Of a stretch of 64,000 nt of DNA, positions 23,778-35,734 are shown piece after piece. A program made the translations under genes and the position numbers. The stretch's first letter is position 1; each line of letters starts with the position of its first letter. The notes under the pieces were generated by a model. That model saw nothing but the letters and a program-made list of their open reading frames with translations, made no database searches and had not been told where the DNA came from. The stretch is from Eledone cirrhosa (Eukaryota): assembly GCA_964016885.1 (NCBI GenBank), contig OZ024740.1, forward strand, positions 416,268,001 to 416,332,000, in the 5' to 3' direction.

Positions 23778-26700
23778 ATCATCATCATCATCATCGTTTA
23801 ACGTCCGTGTTCCATGCTTGCATGGGTTTGGACGGGGGTTTTCCCACTTGAGGCAAGAGTGATTATCTTGCTCGCATAGGACTATCTGGCGGGTTTTCTA
23901 CAGCTGGATGCCCTTCCTAACACCAACCACATTTACAGTGTGGGGCTGGGAGGTTTTTACTGTGTTGCCTACACGGCCACATTACAGCGTGAACTGTGTT
24001 TTTTTGACGTGACACCTACACGATCTCATTTGTTTCGGCCTGGATGTTGTGGCACCAACATAACTTTACATTGAAAGGGGCGGTGTGGATGGGGTGGGGG
24101 TGGTGGGACGGGGGTGTATTTTGTTAGAGATGCCTACTGACTGTAGTAGGTTTTACTTTGTATTTAGGTAAGGCGGGTCTTCTCTATTACTGAGTACCGC
24201 CAAAGGTCTCGGTCCAGTGACATTGTCTTGGTGAGGTGTAAGTGTGTGAGGTCGGAATTTATCAGCTCGGCCCAGGTTTTTCTGGGTCTGCCTATTCCGT
24301 GGCTACCGTCTATCTTTATTGCCCTGCACTTTGTTATACAGCTATCGTCCTTCATGCGCATCACGTGACCATACCAACGTAGCCTTCTCTCGAGTAAACA
24401 ACATCTGATCCCTCTTATTTCTAATTTTTTCCTTAGTTCGTTTATGCTTTGCCGTTCACGTATATTACTATTACACATCCAGCGGAGCATGCAAGCTTCG
24501 TTTCTCTCTAGTCTGCGTATATCCTCTGCACACAATGCCCAGGTCTCACTGCCATGCAACATTGCTGTTCGTATGCAGGCATTGTACAACCTGCCTTACA
24601 TTTTTAAGGGAAAACCCTTTAGCGGCTAATAGTGGTATAAGCTCTCTGAACTTTTTCCATCCAGTTCTGACTCTAGCTACTGTACTTTCAGAGCACCCTC
24701 CCCCACTGCTGATTTTGTCACCCAGGTAACGGAAGCTGTCCACTATTTCTATATAACCCTCTGCGCAGTTGAAAGAGCTAGTATTTTTTGGGCACTTGCT
24801 GCTACTTATTGCACCAGAGCACCGGCCACATGTAAAATCTATGTTCTTAGTTAGCTTACCTGTGATCCCACTACATCTTTTATGCACCCATACTTTGCAT
24901 TTGGGACACAAAATGGAGTTTCCACCTACGCCTTTCCTACACACTGAGCATGGCCACTTCCCGGAAGGGACCGCCGCCTTATTTTCTTTCTTACAAACTA
25001 GAACTTTAGTCTTAGCCAGGTTAATTTTAAGGCCTTTTGATTCTAGGCCGTGCTTCCATGTTTGGAATTTCTTCTCTAGCTCGGCCATTGATTCAGCTAT
25101 GAGTGTTAGGTCATCTGCGTATAGGAGTTCCCATGGGCAACCGGTCTTGAACTCCTCTGTTATAGCCTGAAGGGCAATAATAAATAGTAGGGGGCTGAGA
25201 ACAGAGCCCTGATGGACGCCAACTTTTACGCTGAACTCTTCACTATATTCGTTGTTAATTCTAACCTTGCTGACTGTTTCTTTATACATGGCTTGTATAG
25301 CTCTCACAAGCCATTCGTCAACACCTAGTTTTCTAAGAGCCCACCAGATAATGGAACGGAGGACTCTGTCGAAGGCTTTCTCCAAGTCGACAAAAGCTAA
25401 GTATAGGGGTTTACTTTTAGCTAGGTACTTCTACTGTAGTTGTCGTACAATGAAAAGAGCGTCTGTGGTACTTTTGCCTGACACAAACCCGAACTGCATT
25501 TCATCTAGATCAATTCTCTCTCTGATTATTTGCGCTATTACTTTTTCCGTGACCTTCATGACCTGGTCGATTAATTTAATGCCTCTATAGTTACTCCTAT
25601 CTAGGGCATCTCCTTTACCCTTATAACAGTTAACGATGATGCTGCTACGCCAGTCCTTCGGAACAACCCCATTCTGTACGACTTGGTTGACTATCTGGGT
25701 GACCATGGTGTGTCCCACCGTACCGGATGCCTTCAGCATCTCGGCAACTATTTCCGAAGGCCCAGCCGCCTTACCCATCTTCATATCTTTGATTGCCTTA
25801 CTTATTATACTACCCTCGACTAACACTGCTGGTCCCTCTATTGGGTCGATGTGGGGGGAGACTGTCTTTCTCCCATTTATTCTCCTCATTTAGTAGCCTT
25901 TCATAGTGACACTTCCAAGCTACCTTCTTATCAGTGTCGGTGATGGCAAGTACGCCGTCATCATTAAGAACACACTTCTCCCCGACAATATCACAGTTTT
26001 CCTTGACACATTGCCTAGCAATCCTGAACACCTCACGTTTTTGGTCCTCGTGTTGTAGAACATGCTTGAACTTTCTTTCCTCTGCTTCCCTTCTTGCGAA
26101 GTACACTTGTCTCCTAGCTTCCCTCCTGGCCACTTGATAGTCTTCTCTGCTTCCCCCATCCCGCCATACTTTCCAAGCCTGCTTTTTGGCCTTAATTGAC
26201 CCCTCCACCTTACTGTTCCACCACCATGTTACTCTCCTCCTGCCTACAGGCCTGCTCCAGCCACAGACTTCGTCTGCCGCCATCAGCAGGTTTGCTTTCA
26301 GGAATTCCCACTGCTCCTCTATATTGTACGACTCTAATTGCTCTTCCTTATTGTCAAAAGCATCAAGTAGTATACTTTTGAATTTATTTCTGGCTGTGGG
26401 GTCCTTTAGCTTCCATATTTTTCTCCTGAGGATAGTCCTCTTCTGTTGTCTAGTACGTCTCGTCCTGACTATTAGGTCGCTAATTATCAGTCTATGTTGG
26501 GAGGTGCATTCTTCATGGGGGAGGGATTTAGTGTTTACAACAGACACTCTGTCACGTCTTCTGGTAAGGATATAGTCTACCTGGCTTGTGTGTTCCCCCA
26601 ATCTATAGGTGATCAGGTGATTGTCACGTTTTTTGAAGTTAGTGTTACAGATAGTTAGGTTATTTGCGTAACAGAATTCCAGGATTCTGGAGCCTTCCTC

Positions 26701-27810
26701 ATTTCTAGTACCAAACCCATAGCCTCCATGGATTTCGTCGTAGCCGTCACAATGTTATCCAACGTGACCATTTAGGTCGCCTGCAATAATTATATAGTCA
26801 CTGTCAGTTATTTGGGAGGTAGTGAGCATCAGTGTCTCATAGAATCTGTCTTTTATAGTGCCGGGCAGTCCGGATTGGGGTGCGTACGCAGATATTACTG
26901 TCACCGTCGTTCTACTGAGGACAAGTCTTATTTTAATTATTCTGTCGTTCACTCTATTTACGTCTATTATCTTATCTGCCCACTTTTCTGCTACCATGAT
27001 TCCTATGCCACCCAGCCTATTGTCATTTCCCACCCAGAAAAGCTTATAGCATCGTTTTTTACCCACAATGAATCTAGCAGACCCACCCCTCCACCTGGTC
27101 TCTTGAATACAACAAACATCGACCTCCTTACGTTCAAGCATTTCTACAACCTCGTTAGAGCAACCCTTTAAGGTGCCTACATTCATGGTACCAACTCTGA
27201 AGTTTTGGATTGCGTTTGGAGGGTGGGAGCGGTGGGGAGCGGGGGGAGATGGGGTTATGTTAGCCATCCGCGGCCGAAACAAAGAGGAATGCTCGCATTC
27301 TCGTCCACGAGGTGAATTTGTCTTTGGCATTGTCGCTGAGCGTCCAGATTTTTCTCTCTTCAACTCTCCGGAATTCCGTAGTCCTTCCATCCGACATATC
27401 GAAGGCGACCAGGTAAGCGATAGTATAGGCCTCTGGTTTATGATTGGTCCACGTAATAATAATGGTGGTGCGTGGGGGCGGGAGGGAGGGGTGTTGAGTT
27501 GTTAGCGAGAAGAATAGGTTTAAGTAAGATCCTCGTATTTAACAAGCGATAACAAAAATACAAGATTTGTTTAGTAAAATACGACAAAAACTTCGTATTT
27601 AACAAGCAATAACAAAAAATACAAGATTTGTTTTGGAAAATACGAGAAAATACACAGAATACAGGAGGATTTGTTTTGGAAATAGGATAGAATAGCTAGT
27701 AGTGAAGCAAGAATTGGAATCTGAGGATAGAAAATGCTATCGAATTGTCGCGGATTGGAAGGACTATGAAATTAAGCGGATGTTAGAAAGGCAAGAAAAA
27801 TGTGTACATT
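23778..27810 (-). mobile_element. RTE-clade LINE copy 2
   Basis: (GAT)n tail, 3' UTR and ORF nearly identical to copy 1. The 5' region aligns to part of a single monomer. Confidence 0.92.
24164..27330 (-). pseudogene. RTE ORF copy 2 (APE-RT-PHD), split by frameshifts and stops but with intact YADD
   Basis: ORF pieces 26755-27390, 25810-26601, 25431-25889, 24546-25385 and 24164-24589 tile the copy-1 protein; in-frame stops occur at HVG* and QLQ*KY. Confidence 0.93.
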
Positions 27811-28050
27811 ATAAGCAGAAAAGGGTTAAGCTCTTCCCCTTTCTTCAGAAGAGTGTGGGGGGGAGGGGGGCATTAATATCTACTTCAAGAGAACCAATAT
27901 TCGGCAGTAATGGTCTACCATTTGAATAATTAACTTTGGAATAAAAAACAAACAAACAACAACTGTTTTCCTGTTAATTTCAAAGTGATTTACGGGAAAC
28001 CAATAAACCAGTTATCAATAATGTAAAAAAATTTTTATTTTATTTTTCAG

Positions 28051-28142
28051 AAGATGAAAAAAATTGGTAATGTAAAAGCAAAACAAATTTATGAAAAATA
28101 TGTTCCACCCTTTTACAAAAAACCTGAAGTAACAGATCCTGG
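28051..28142 (+). CDS. ADAP1: ADAP1-like coding exon (ArfGAP C-terminal half)
   Basis: ttttcag acceptor, GG|GTAGGT donor, 92 bp, phase continuous with the previous exon. Translates KMKKIGNVKAKQIYEKYVPPFYKKPEVTDP(G) (GNxxA..YE motif). Confidence 0.92.
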
Positions 28143-28254
28143 GTAGGTATTAATTACATTTGTGTTATATTGTAACAAATAATAAACATAATTCTAAATA
28201 ATATACTTCTAAAGATTTTATATTCTTTTCCTACTATATAGTATATATTATTTG

Positions 28255-28630
28255 TTCTTCTTCGCCCACTTATTCCTGAGTGGGTCATGGGGGCAAAGTC
28301 CTCAAACACCCTCCAACGGGTCCTGTCAGAAGCAACTGATCTGGCTGGATCCCCAAGCAAGACCAGCCAAGCACATGGATGTTATCTAACCATCTTGCTC
28401 AGGTCTACCCCTCTGTCTTTTGCCGGTTGGTTTTTGCCTGTAAAATCTGTCCACCAATTCTTTCCTCAGACATTCTAACCACATGCCCATAGTATCAGAG
28501 CTGTGATCTCTCAATTCAAAGAAGTAGCGGCTCTACCTGGAGTGACCCTCTGATCTCCGAGCTACATGCTTCATCAAGTAACGTTACTCCAAAGACTCTT
28601 CGGAAGAATCCCATTTCGGCCCCTTTTATT
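28255..28630 (-). mobile_element. 5'-truncated second RTE family (Expander/Rex3-like, (GAA)n tail)
   Basis: Encodes AEMGFFRRVFGVTLLD...EIRGSLQVEPLLL, a typical RTE C-terminus. Related fragments at ~16355-16492 and 35785-36045; approximate flanking duplication GTATATAT(TA)TTTGTT. Confidence 0.75.
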
Positions 28631-28806
28631 CGTATATATTTGTTGAATTTTAAAATTAAAACATCCTCATCAGCATTGTTTTCCATCTCTTCTTCTATGC
28701 TTGCATCAGTTAGTTGTAACAAATTGGATGTTTTAATATGATTCGCTAGTTGTATTGACCCTTCCCCCTCCCTAAAAAAGTAAATGAAAAGTAGGTTTAT
28801 TGATTA

Positions 28807-29700
28807 CTAGCAGTAAAGCCCGGCGTTGCTCGGGGTCGCTCAGTAGCTGTGTTAAAGTTACAATGTTAAGTTTCTTTTTTGGCTTAAAAACTGTAATGTC
28901 TACTGTGCAGACTTGCATGTGGTGTTTTTGATTAATATTCCCTCAACCAACAATATGCCTTATGAAGTTAAGAAAACATAACGATAACCCGAATGTTATA
29001 ACAAAAGAGGATGCTGGGGATAGAAACTGCACTGGTTATTTATTAACAAAGATCGAAAATGTAAACACTGCAACGCAGAGAAAAACATTAGCGTAACCAA
29101 ATTATCAGTTATGTCTGTCTGCACGCCTATATCACCTCTCTGCACGACTGTCTGTCTGCACGCCTATATCACCTCTCTGCACAACTGTCTGTCTGCACGC
29201 CTATATCACCTCTCTGCACGACTGTCTGCACGCGTATATCACCTCTCTGCACGACTGTCTGTCTGCACGCCTAACGACGAAATATTTGCTTGTTTTACGT
29301 AGTCTTTAAATAGACTTGTTTTCAAGTAAAAATATTGTTTTAAAATGCTTTTAAATGGAAATGAAGCAAAACGGAAGCTTAGTGTTCGAACTGATGAATT
29401 TTGCAGGTCAATATTTTGCTGGCTCGACAACTGTTAAAGCCAGCGTAATTTTTTACGTAAGACGCTCAATGTAAACAGAACAAAGGGAAATAACTGATAA
29501 CTTACGCTCAAAAATCGATACATTATATTCGATTTCGTCACATAGGGTGGGTGAATTTGAAATTTTTTTTTTCCGATGTCTTCGCTAGGGCTCAATGTAC
29601 AAGTCTAGCAATTTCGGTGCAATTCCGTGAGAGATTCTAAGAGGAGATGTGTGCCAAAAATCGATAGACAGACAGACAACCACAGTTTTATATATATAGA
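28807..29700 (-). mobile_element. Non-autonomous Helitron with internal ~36-bp minisatellite (29113-29270)
   Basis: Minus strand begins A|TCTATATATAT and ends with the CCCGAGCAACGCCGGG hairpin then CTAG|T; no TSD. Confidence 0.82.
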
Positions 29701-30153
29701 TGAATTTAAGCTATTGATATGTTTTTTTCTAATTCCTTCTATGCCTGCGTCCTGTGTTTATGATAATTGGGAGGACATGACTTACATTATTATTGATAAA
29801 TCCCATGCGAGGTTAACTTTGCCTTTCATCCTTATGGGGTCGATAAAATAAAGCACCAGTAATGCACTGGGGTAATTGCTGGCCTTGTGCCAAAAGTAGA
29901 AACAATTATTCATACAATGATGATGATGATAATGACTCTATTTTTGAAGAAGCGTTGCTAATGTAGTGCTCATCTTTAGCTGATAATTTCATTTTGCACA
30001 ACCTTAAAATATATTTTTTTTCAGAGCAGCACTGGAGTTCAGCTGCTATCTGAGCAACTGGGCAACTTTTGTCAGACATGCTCACCATCTGAGGATGAGA
30101 CAAGAAAAGGTGCCTTAAATATTGCCTACTCCAGCCACTCCCTAACCATTATT

Positions 30154-30336
30154 GTTTCTACTTTTGGTACAAGGCCAACAATTATCCCAGTACATTACTG
30201 GTACTTTATTTTATATCAACTCCATTAGGATGAAAGGCAAAGTTAACCTCGGCGAGATTTGAACTCAGATCATAAAGGGACGCAATTCTATTCTTCAAAG
30301 CATGGCGTCCGACCCTCTACTGATACTGCCAATCCA
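30154..30336 (-). mobile_element. SINE family B with TSD
   Basis: Flanked by CTAACCATTATT at 30142-30153 and 30337-30348; head homologous to the 36342 copy. Confidence 0.82.
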
Positions 30337-30379
30337 CTAACCATTATTACATAGCTGGCAGGACCATAAGTGATTGAAA

Positions 30380-30650
30380 AATGATAAACGCAAACTAGAT
30401 TGTTACTCTGACTCTTGTAGACTGCAGACACTGCTGGATGAAGACAATACACAGAGAAAAGACCAACCCTGGTAGGACAAGAACTTGACATTGCAACCAT
30501 AAGTGAAATCCAGCATCCAGCTTTCAGAAGTTGGGAATTATTTTAAAAAGCTGTCAAGCTACACCTTCTCATAGAGTAGTTAAGGAAATATAGACTGGTA
30601 TAGGATTCATATTGGTTTTCCAGCAAAGACATTCCTTGTTTAGAGGGTAT
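30380..30650 (+). pseudogene. Decayed BovB-like RTE endonuclease N-terminus
   Basis: Remnants QTLLDEDN, LVGQEL-DIATISE and YTFS*S resemble the RTE-BovB NVRTLLD..LVAREL..DIAALSET..YTFFWSG pattern. Confidence 0.5.
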
Positions 30651-30764
30651 TAAAGCCTCTCAAATACAACAGCAAAAATGGTCTTCTACTACAGGTCTGT
30701 GTGGAATATGAACTACTATCAATAGAGTATAACACCTCTCTACTCTAGCTACTTTGAATAGTAG

Positions 30765-31297
30765 AGGATGGTGTCATACCTAATGACTGGCATGGCTGTA
30801 TCATCGTTAAAGACTACAAGAACATCAAGTTGATGAACCTGGTCATGGAAGTTATTGAAAGTGTTATAGCACAACTGATTAGGGACAGTGCACACATTTT
30901 TAGAGCAAGGGAATGCAATAAGTAGATAAAAAGCACCCAGTCCACCTTGTAAAGTGGTTGTGCTGGTGACACAACAAAAAGCACCCAGTTCACCCTGTAA
31001 AGTGGTCACGTTAGTGACAACAAAAAGCACCCAGTCTACTCTGTAAAATGGTCATGTTGGTGATATGACAAAAACCACTTAGTTCAACCTGTCAGTTGGT
31101 TGTTTTGGTGCCACAATAAAAAGCACCCGGTTGACACTGTAAATGTGGTTGGTGTTAGCAAGGGCATCCAGCTGTAGAAACTAAGCCAGAAACAGTTCTG
31201 TATGAGCAAGACACAGTCAACTGATCTAACTTGTCTCACAATGGGACAATACGTCTAACCCATGTTAGCATGGAAAAATGGACGTTAAATGGTGGTG
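30765..31297 (+). mobile_element. RTE RT fragment followed by ~4-5 repeat units and the RTE tail
   Basis: DGVIPNDWHGCIIV and YKNIKLMNLVMEVIESVIAQLIR (cf. copy 1), then AAAAGCACCCAG..CTGTAAAGTGG units, AAGGGCATCCAGCTGTAG and a GGACGTTAAATGGTGGTG end. Confidence 0.7.
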
Positions 31298-31435
31298 AAC
31301 ACCTATTTACTTTATAGTAGAATTTGAACTCTGAAATATAGTGTCCTAAATATATATTGAAAAATATTTCAATCAGCACTCTATTAATTCTATATATAAC
31401 TTTAATATATTAGTAAACATCCAGCCACTTGTGAA

Positions 31436-31690
31436 ATGGTTCTGCTGCCACACACTCTACAGTACATTTATAGTGAGTCTGGCTTAATTTGCAAGTCAGC
31501 TGGTGGACTGACCAGACATGTTAAAATGCATGAAGACTCACCCCAGTTGGTATTGCCAGGAGACAGACAGTTCAAGTGTCACATCTGTGAACATACCTGC
31601 AAAAACAAAAGTGGGTCTGTAAAGTCCCCTGCGTGCACATGATCATGCAATGTTCAATGAAAGGATGGCACTCTTCTGACAAGAAGTAGC
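31436..31690 (+). pseudogene. Decayed C2H2 zinc-finger fragment, probably an RTE C-terminus
   Basis: GLICKSAGGLTRHVKMH and FKCHICEHTCKNKSG with a frameshift; no splice sites used; lies downstream of the BovB-like fragment on the same strand. Confidence 0.45.
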
Positions 31691-31901
31691 AGTCAGTAAA
31701 TATCTGTTTTTCAAAACAAGTCAAAAGTGAATATAATGATGTATTTGTGGTTTAAATGACGCATCACTTCTATTGTTTCTTTCAACACATGATCTCTGAT
31801 AAAATCTCTTACCAAACATGTCTGATTCTGAAAGATTTGTTTCGATATTGTATATTTTACTTGTGGTGGACATTGGGAAACAATAGTGACTTATTCATAA
31901 A

Positions 31902-32303
31902 CTACTCTCGGCTCCCAAATAATAGTGGTGGGGATGTGGAGGAGTTAGAGTAAGCGGGGGTGTTGGAAAATTGGTAATTTTTCTAGGTTGTCTCCATTGA
32001 TTTAAAAAAAAACCCCAGAATTAGTCGTTTAGTTTACATAGTGAGACTCCAACGAATCCTATTTATTTTATAAAGTGTGGAATTTCTAGTAATGTACTTT
32101 TTTTTGTCATGTTTAATGTTTGTTAATTTATAAAGAAAATTAATTGTTGCAAGAATGCTACCACTTAAAATAAAATTTCACTGGAGATATATTAGTAAAA
32201 TTTAATAAGCGGGGGTTGGAATAAGAGCTGGAGGTTGTGTGGAAAAAAATCTGAAAAATTAATAAGCAGGGGTGGGGGTTTGATTATTCGAAACCCGAGA
32301 GTA
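31902..32303. mobile_element. TA-flanked MITE (pogo/Tigger-like)
   Basis: Ends TACTCTCGG..AATAAT / ATTATTCGAAACCCGAGAGTA; a second related copy at ~38710-39057. Confidence 0.7.
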
Positions 32304-32437
32304 AGTCCATTATGCAGTTTTGACACCACCCAGCTATTTCTCCTCTATTAATGTTTTTAGGAAAAATTTGAACAAACTCTTTGTTCTTTCTAAATTTGTC
32401 ATTATGACATCATCTTTTTTTAATTTTTTTATTTCAG

Positions 32438-32633
32438 AGTACTGAAGACAGAGTGGATTTATGCTAAATACAAACGATTTGAATTTGAGGACCCTAACCT
32501 ACAAAATGAATATTTGAAAGAAACAAAAGAAGGAATCTTGATGAAAAGAGGCAAAGAAAATCAAAAGTTTAAGCCAAGAAGATTTTTGCTTTCTCGATCT
32601 GAAAATATGTTGAAATATTTTAATAAAGAAAAT
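32438..32633 (+). CDS. ADAP1: ADAP1-like coding exon (end of ArfGAP, start of PH1)
   Basis: atttcag acceptor, AAT|GTGAGT donor. Translates VLKTEWIYAKYKRFEF...KEGILMKRGKENQKFKPRRFLLSRSENMLKYFNKEN (WIxAKY and the PH beta1-beta2 basic motif). Confidence 0.93.
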
Positions 32634-32659
32634 GTGAGTACATATATATTTATTGTATA

Positions 32660-33173
32660 CTAGCTGAGGTACCCGGTAATACCCGGGAGCAGGGGTATTC
32701 CCTGTTCCCATTAAAATGTCCAATGCCCCTCAGACCAAAAATGAAATCAAAATATAGGACATTATCAAAAGCGAAGACAAATTCATTTACGAAACAATAA
32801 TAGAAACAAATATTGTTGATTGCATTGGTCAGGCGCAAAATGTTTGTCAGAGAAGTTATGTTGCTATAAGAGAAAAAATAGAACCCCCATTAGGGTGTCT
32901 TAATATTTAAATTTGCTAAAATTTTGTGAATAGGCATTATATCTTGTCAATTACCTATGGTTTAAATTTCATATAAATCGAAGGGAAAAAACTTTCAGTG
33001 GGGGCTTTCAGAGGGGGTTTGACCCCCCCCCCCTCGGGAACCCATTGATTAAAATGAAATAAGTAAGAAATCAAATGGACATGAGCCCCACACAAGTCAA
33101 GTTTCATCAAGATCGGTTTGGTAGTTTTAGGTTCACAAACAAACAGACAGAAATTGCCAGTTATACATATAGA
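32660..33173 (-). mobile_element. Non-autonomous Helitron
   Basis: CTAG terminus with CCCGGTAATACCCGGG hairpin; the other end (GACAGAAATTGCC..TATAGA) is shared with 33969-34904. Confidence 0.75.
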
Positions 33174-33205
33174 GTTGACAACATAACCTCAATAATGTAA
33201 ATATA

Positions 33206-33284
33206 CAATGTGTCCCCCAAAAATGTATACACACTTCTACAGCATTCTAATCAAAGTGTATATACATTCTTTTGGAACACCCTG
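33206..33284. mobile_element. ~80-bp Tc1/mariner-type MITE
   Basis: TA-flanked inverted ends CAATGTGTCCCCCAAAAATGTATACACACTT / AAGTGTATATACATTCTTTTGGAACACCCTG. Confidence 0.7.
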
Positions 33285-33518
33285 TATATGTTTTGTGTAT
33301 TTGACAATATAACCACAACGTTTTAAAATAATCTTTTTACTTTCATGGGTTATAGACCATTCAACTTTCTACATTAGTTGCTATAATAGACAGAACAATG
33401 ATAACCATTATATAACCTTCAATTTATTTAGGCTATAGTTGAATGATATAAAAAATACTTGCTGTAAAATTTGTACTAGTTACACTCACACACATCTCAC
33501 TTTCTCTTCTTTCTCCCC

Positions 33519-33521
<3 letters not shown>

Positions 33522-33602
<81 letters not shown>
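33522..33602. repeat. (CT)n microsatellite
   Basis: About 40 uninterrupted CT units. Confidence 0.95.
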
Positions 33603-33606
<4 letters not shown>

Positions 33607-33657
33607 CTCCTTCCCTTCTTACTTCTCCCCCCTCGCTCTCACTCTTTATATATATAT

Positions 33658-33965
33658 GGAGGCACATGGCTTAGTGGTTAGAGCATTGGCCTAGCAATCG
33701 AAAGGTTGTGAGTTCAATTCTCAGACCGGGTGATGTGTTGTTTCCTTGAGCAAGGCACTTTATTTCACATTGCTCCAGTTTACTCAGCTGTAGAAATGAG
33801 GTCGTGGAGGTGCCACGGCAAAAAAGCACCCAGCACTCACTGTAAATGAGGTTGGTGTTAGGAAGGGCATCCAGCTGTAGAAATCAAGCCAGAATCAGTT
33901 CCCGTCCCACCCTTGCAAGCAGGGAAAAGTGGACGTAAATGAAATGATGATGATGAAATGATGAT
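33658..33965 (+). mobile_element. tRNA-derived SINE with RTE-type tail (family A)
   Basis: GGAGGCACATGGCTTAGTGG (A box), GAGTTCAATTC (B box), core, one 48-bp-type unit, GGAAGGGCATCCAGCTGTAGAAA and (GAT)n. Confidence 0.88.
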
Positions 33966-33968
33966 ATA

Positions 33969-34904
33969 CTAGCCAAATTACCCGCACCTTGTTGCGTTTC
34001 ACACATTTTTTTTCTGTAAGAAAATGATTGATCTTAAATCAGTGATATCATTTATCAAGAAAAACTCTGCATTTCAATATTACTCAATGTAAAATATAAT
34101 GCATGAAAAATTGGAAAACATTATTTTTTGTAATATATCAAATCAAAATTACATTATTAAATCTTATTCTTATTTTGTTTCTTGTAAATAATTTTTTCAA
34201 AATATCAGTTCAAAACTTTTGTGAATCGGCATCATATCTTGTCATTTACCTATAGTTTAAATTGCATATAAATCGAAGGGAAAAAATTTTCAACGGGGGT
34301 TTGTGCCTCCGGGGAACCCTTATAGGGGGTTTAACCCCCATTAGGGTGTCTTAATATTATTAAAATTTGCTGAAATGTTGTCATTTACCTATGGTTTAAA
34401 TTTCATATAAATCGAAATGAAAATATTTTCAGCGGGGGTTTTCTGCCCCCGGGAACCCTTTGATTAAAATGAAATATACTTATCCAAGTACCCTGGGCAA
34501 TGTAGATTCAGAATATATATGGTTATGGGAGTCTATCTCCAAAACCATAGGAGGAGTTCGTGAAATCTTGTTCCATTTATTGGCCAAAAATTTCACTATA
34601 GGGGGTTTAACCCCCATTAGGGTGTTCTAATATTATTGAAATTTGCTGAAATTTTGTGAATAGCATCATATCTTGTCATTTACCTATGGTTTAAATTTCA
34701 TATAAATCAAAGGGAACAAATTTTCAGTGGGGGGGTTGAGCCCCCGGGGAACCCTTTGATTAAAATGAAATATACTTAAGAAATCAAATGGGCATGAGCC
34801 CCATACACGTGTCAAGTTTCATCAAGATCGGTTTGGTACTTTTTGAGTTTTAGGTTCACAAACAAACAAACAAACAGACAGAAATTGCCATTTATGTATA
34901 TAGA
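33969..34904 (-). mobile_element. Non-autonomous Helitron with internal duplications
   Basis: CTAG at 33969 and TATAGA|T at 34904; repeated TCATTTACCTATGGTTTAAATTTCATATAAATC blocks homologous to the 32660 element. Confidence 0.72.
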
Positions 34905-35734
34905 TATATATAAAAATAGAATATATCAATTAAGAAACAGCTTGTATTTTGTATAGATATATATACAGAACAAATAATATGTAAGTAAAAATACATATTT
35001 CAAGATGATATAATCCCCTTCAATTCCAAATCTGTTTCTAGAAACCAAAAAAAAAAGAGGAAAGTAAATCTTTGATCACAGTAATTAGTATCAATCACCA
35101 ATTATCGATTTTGGTAATAAGCATCCTAAGACTTTGATTTCTTTCATCAGTATTTCATCAGCTATTTCTGGACAGAAATATTTCAGTCTAGAAATAGCTG
35201 TCAAAACGGCCTGAGCTCTGCCGTCAGGGTTCTGACACTTTCCCTATTAGCCACTCTACTACCCAAAGTATCGAGTACTCTGGTCTGTTATGGGACCACC
35301 TGGTTCCTTACCACACTTCCTTCGTTATATATATATCACACTGTATTAAAATACTAGACATCTGTCCAAAGAAGAATCTTTGAAAATGTTCTCCACATGG
35401 TGTTGAAATAACATCTAATGGAAGCGCAGATATGATAGGACAAGCCTATTTCTACTCTTAATTTGTCTTAGTTTGAGTTGTCTAAATGGGACTTGCTTGG
35501 AGCTCTTTCTAGCATTCCATAAGGCCAATACATATTTCTGTGGCCTGCTTGGATTACTTAATCTTTGTAATTTATACCTGATGGTCACCAAAAGTCTTAT
35601 GTCATGATCTGATGACATAAGCAGGCCATAGAAATACATATTGTGATTTTTGCAACATTAAAGGAATATTTAAATCCAGCCTTCTGTTTTCTTTGAAGTA
35701 TATATATATATTCACAATTATTCCTCCAATAGTC

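Noticed and set aside
31436-31642. Independent host C2H2 zinc-finger gene
   Set aside because: First finger lacks its cysteines, the second is frameshifted, there is no TGEKP linker, and it sits among RTE remnants.
33658-33735. tRNA gene
   Set aside because: A/B boxes run into a SINE body and tail, there are multiple dispersed copies, and there is no complete acceptor stem.
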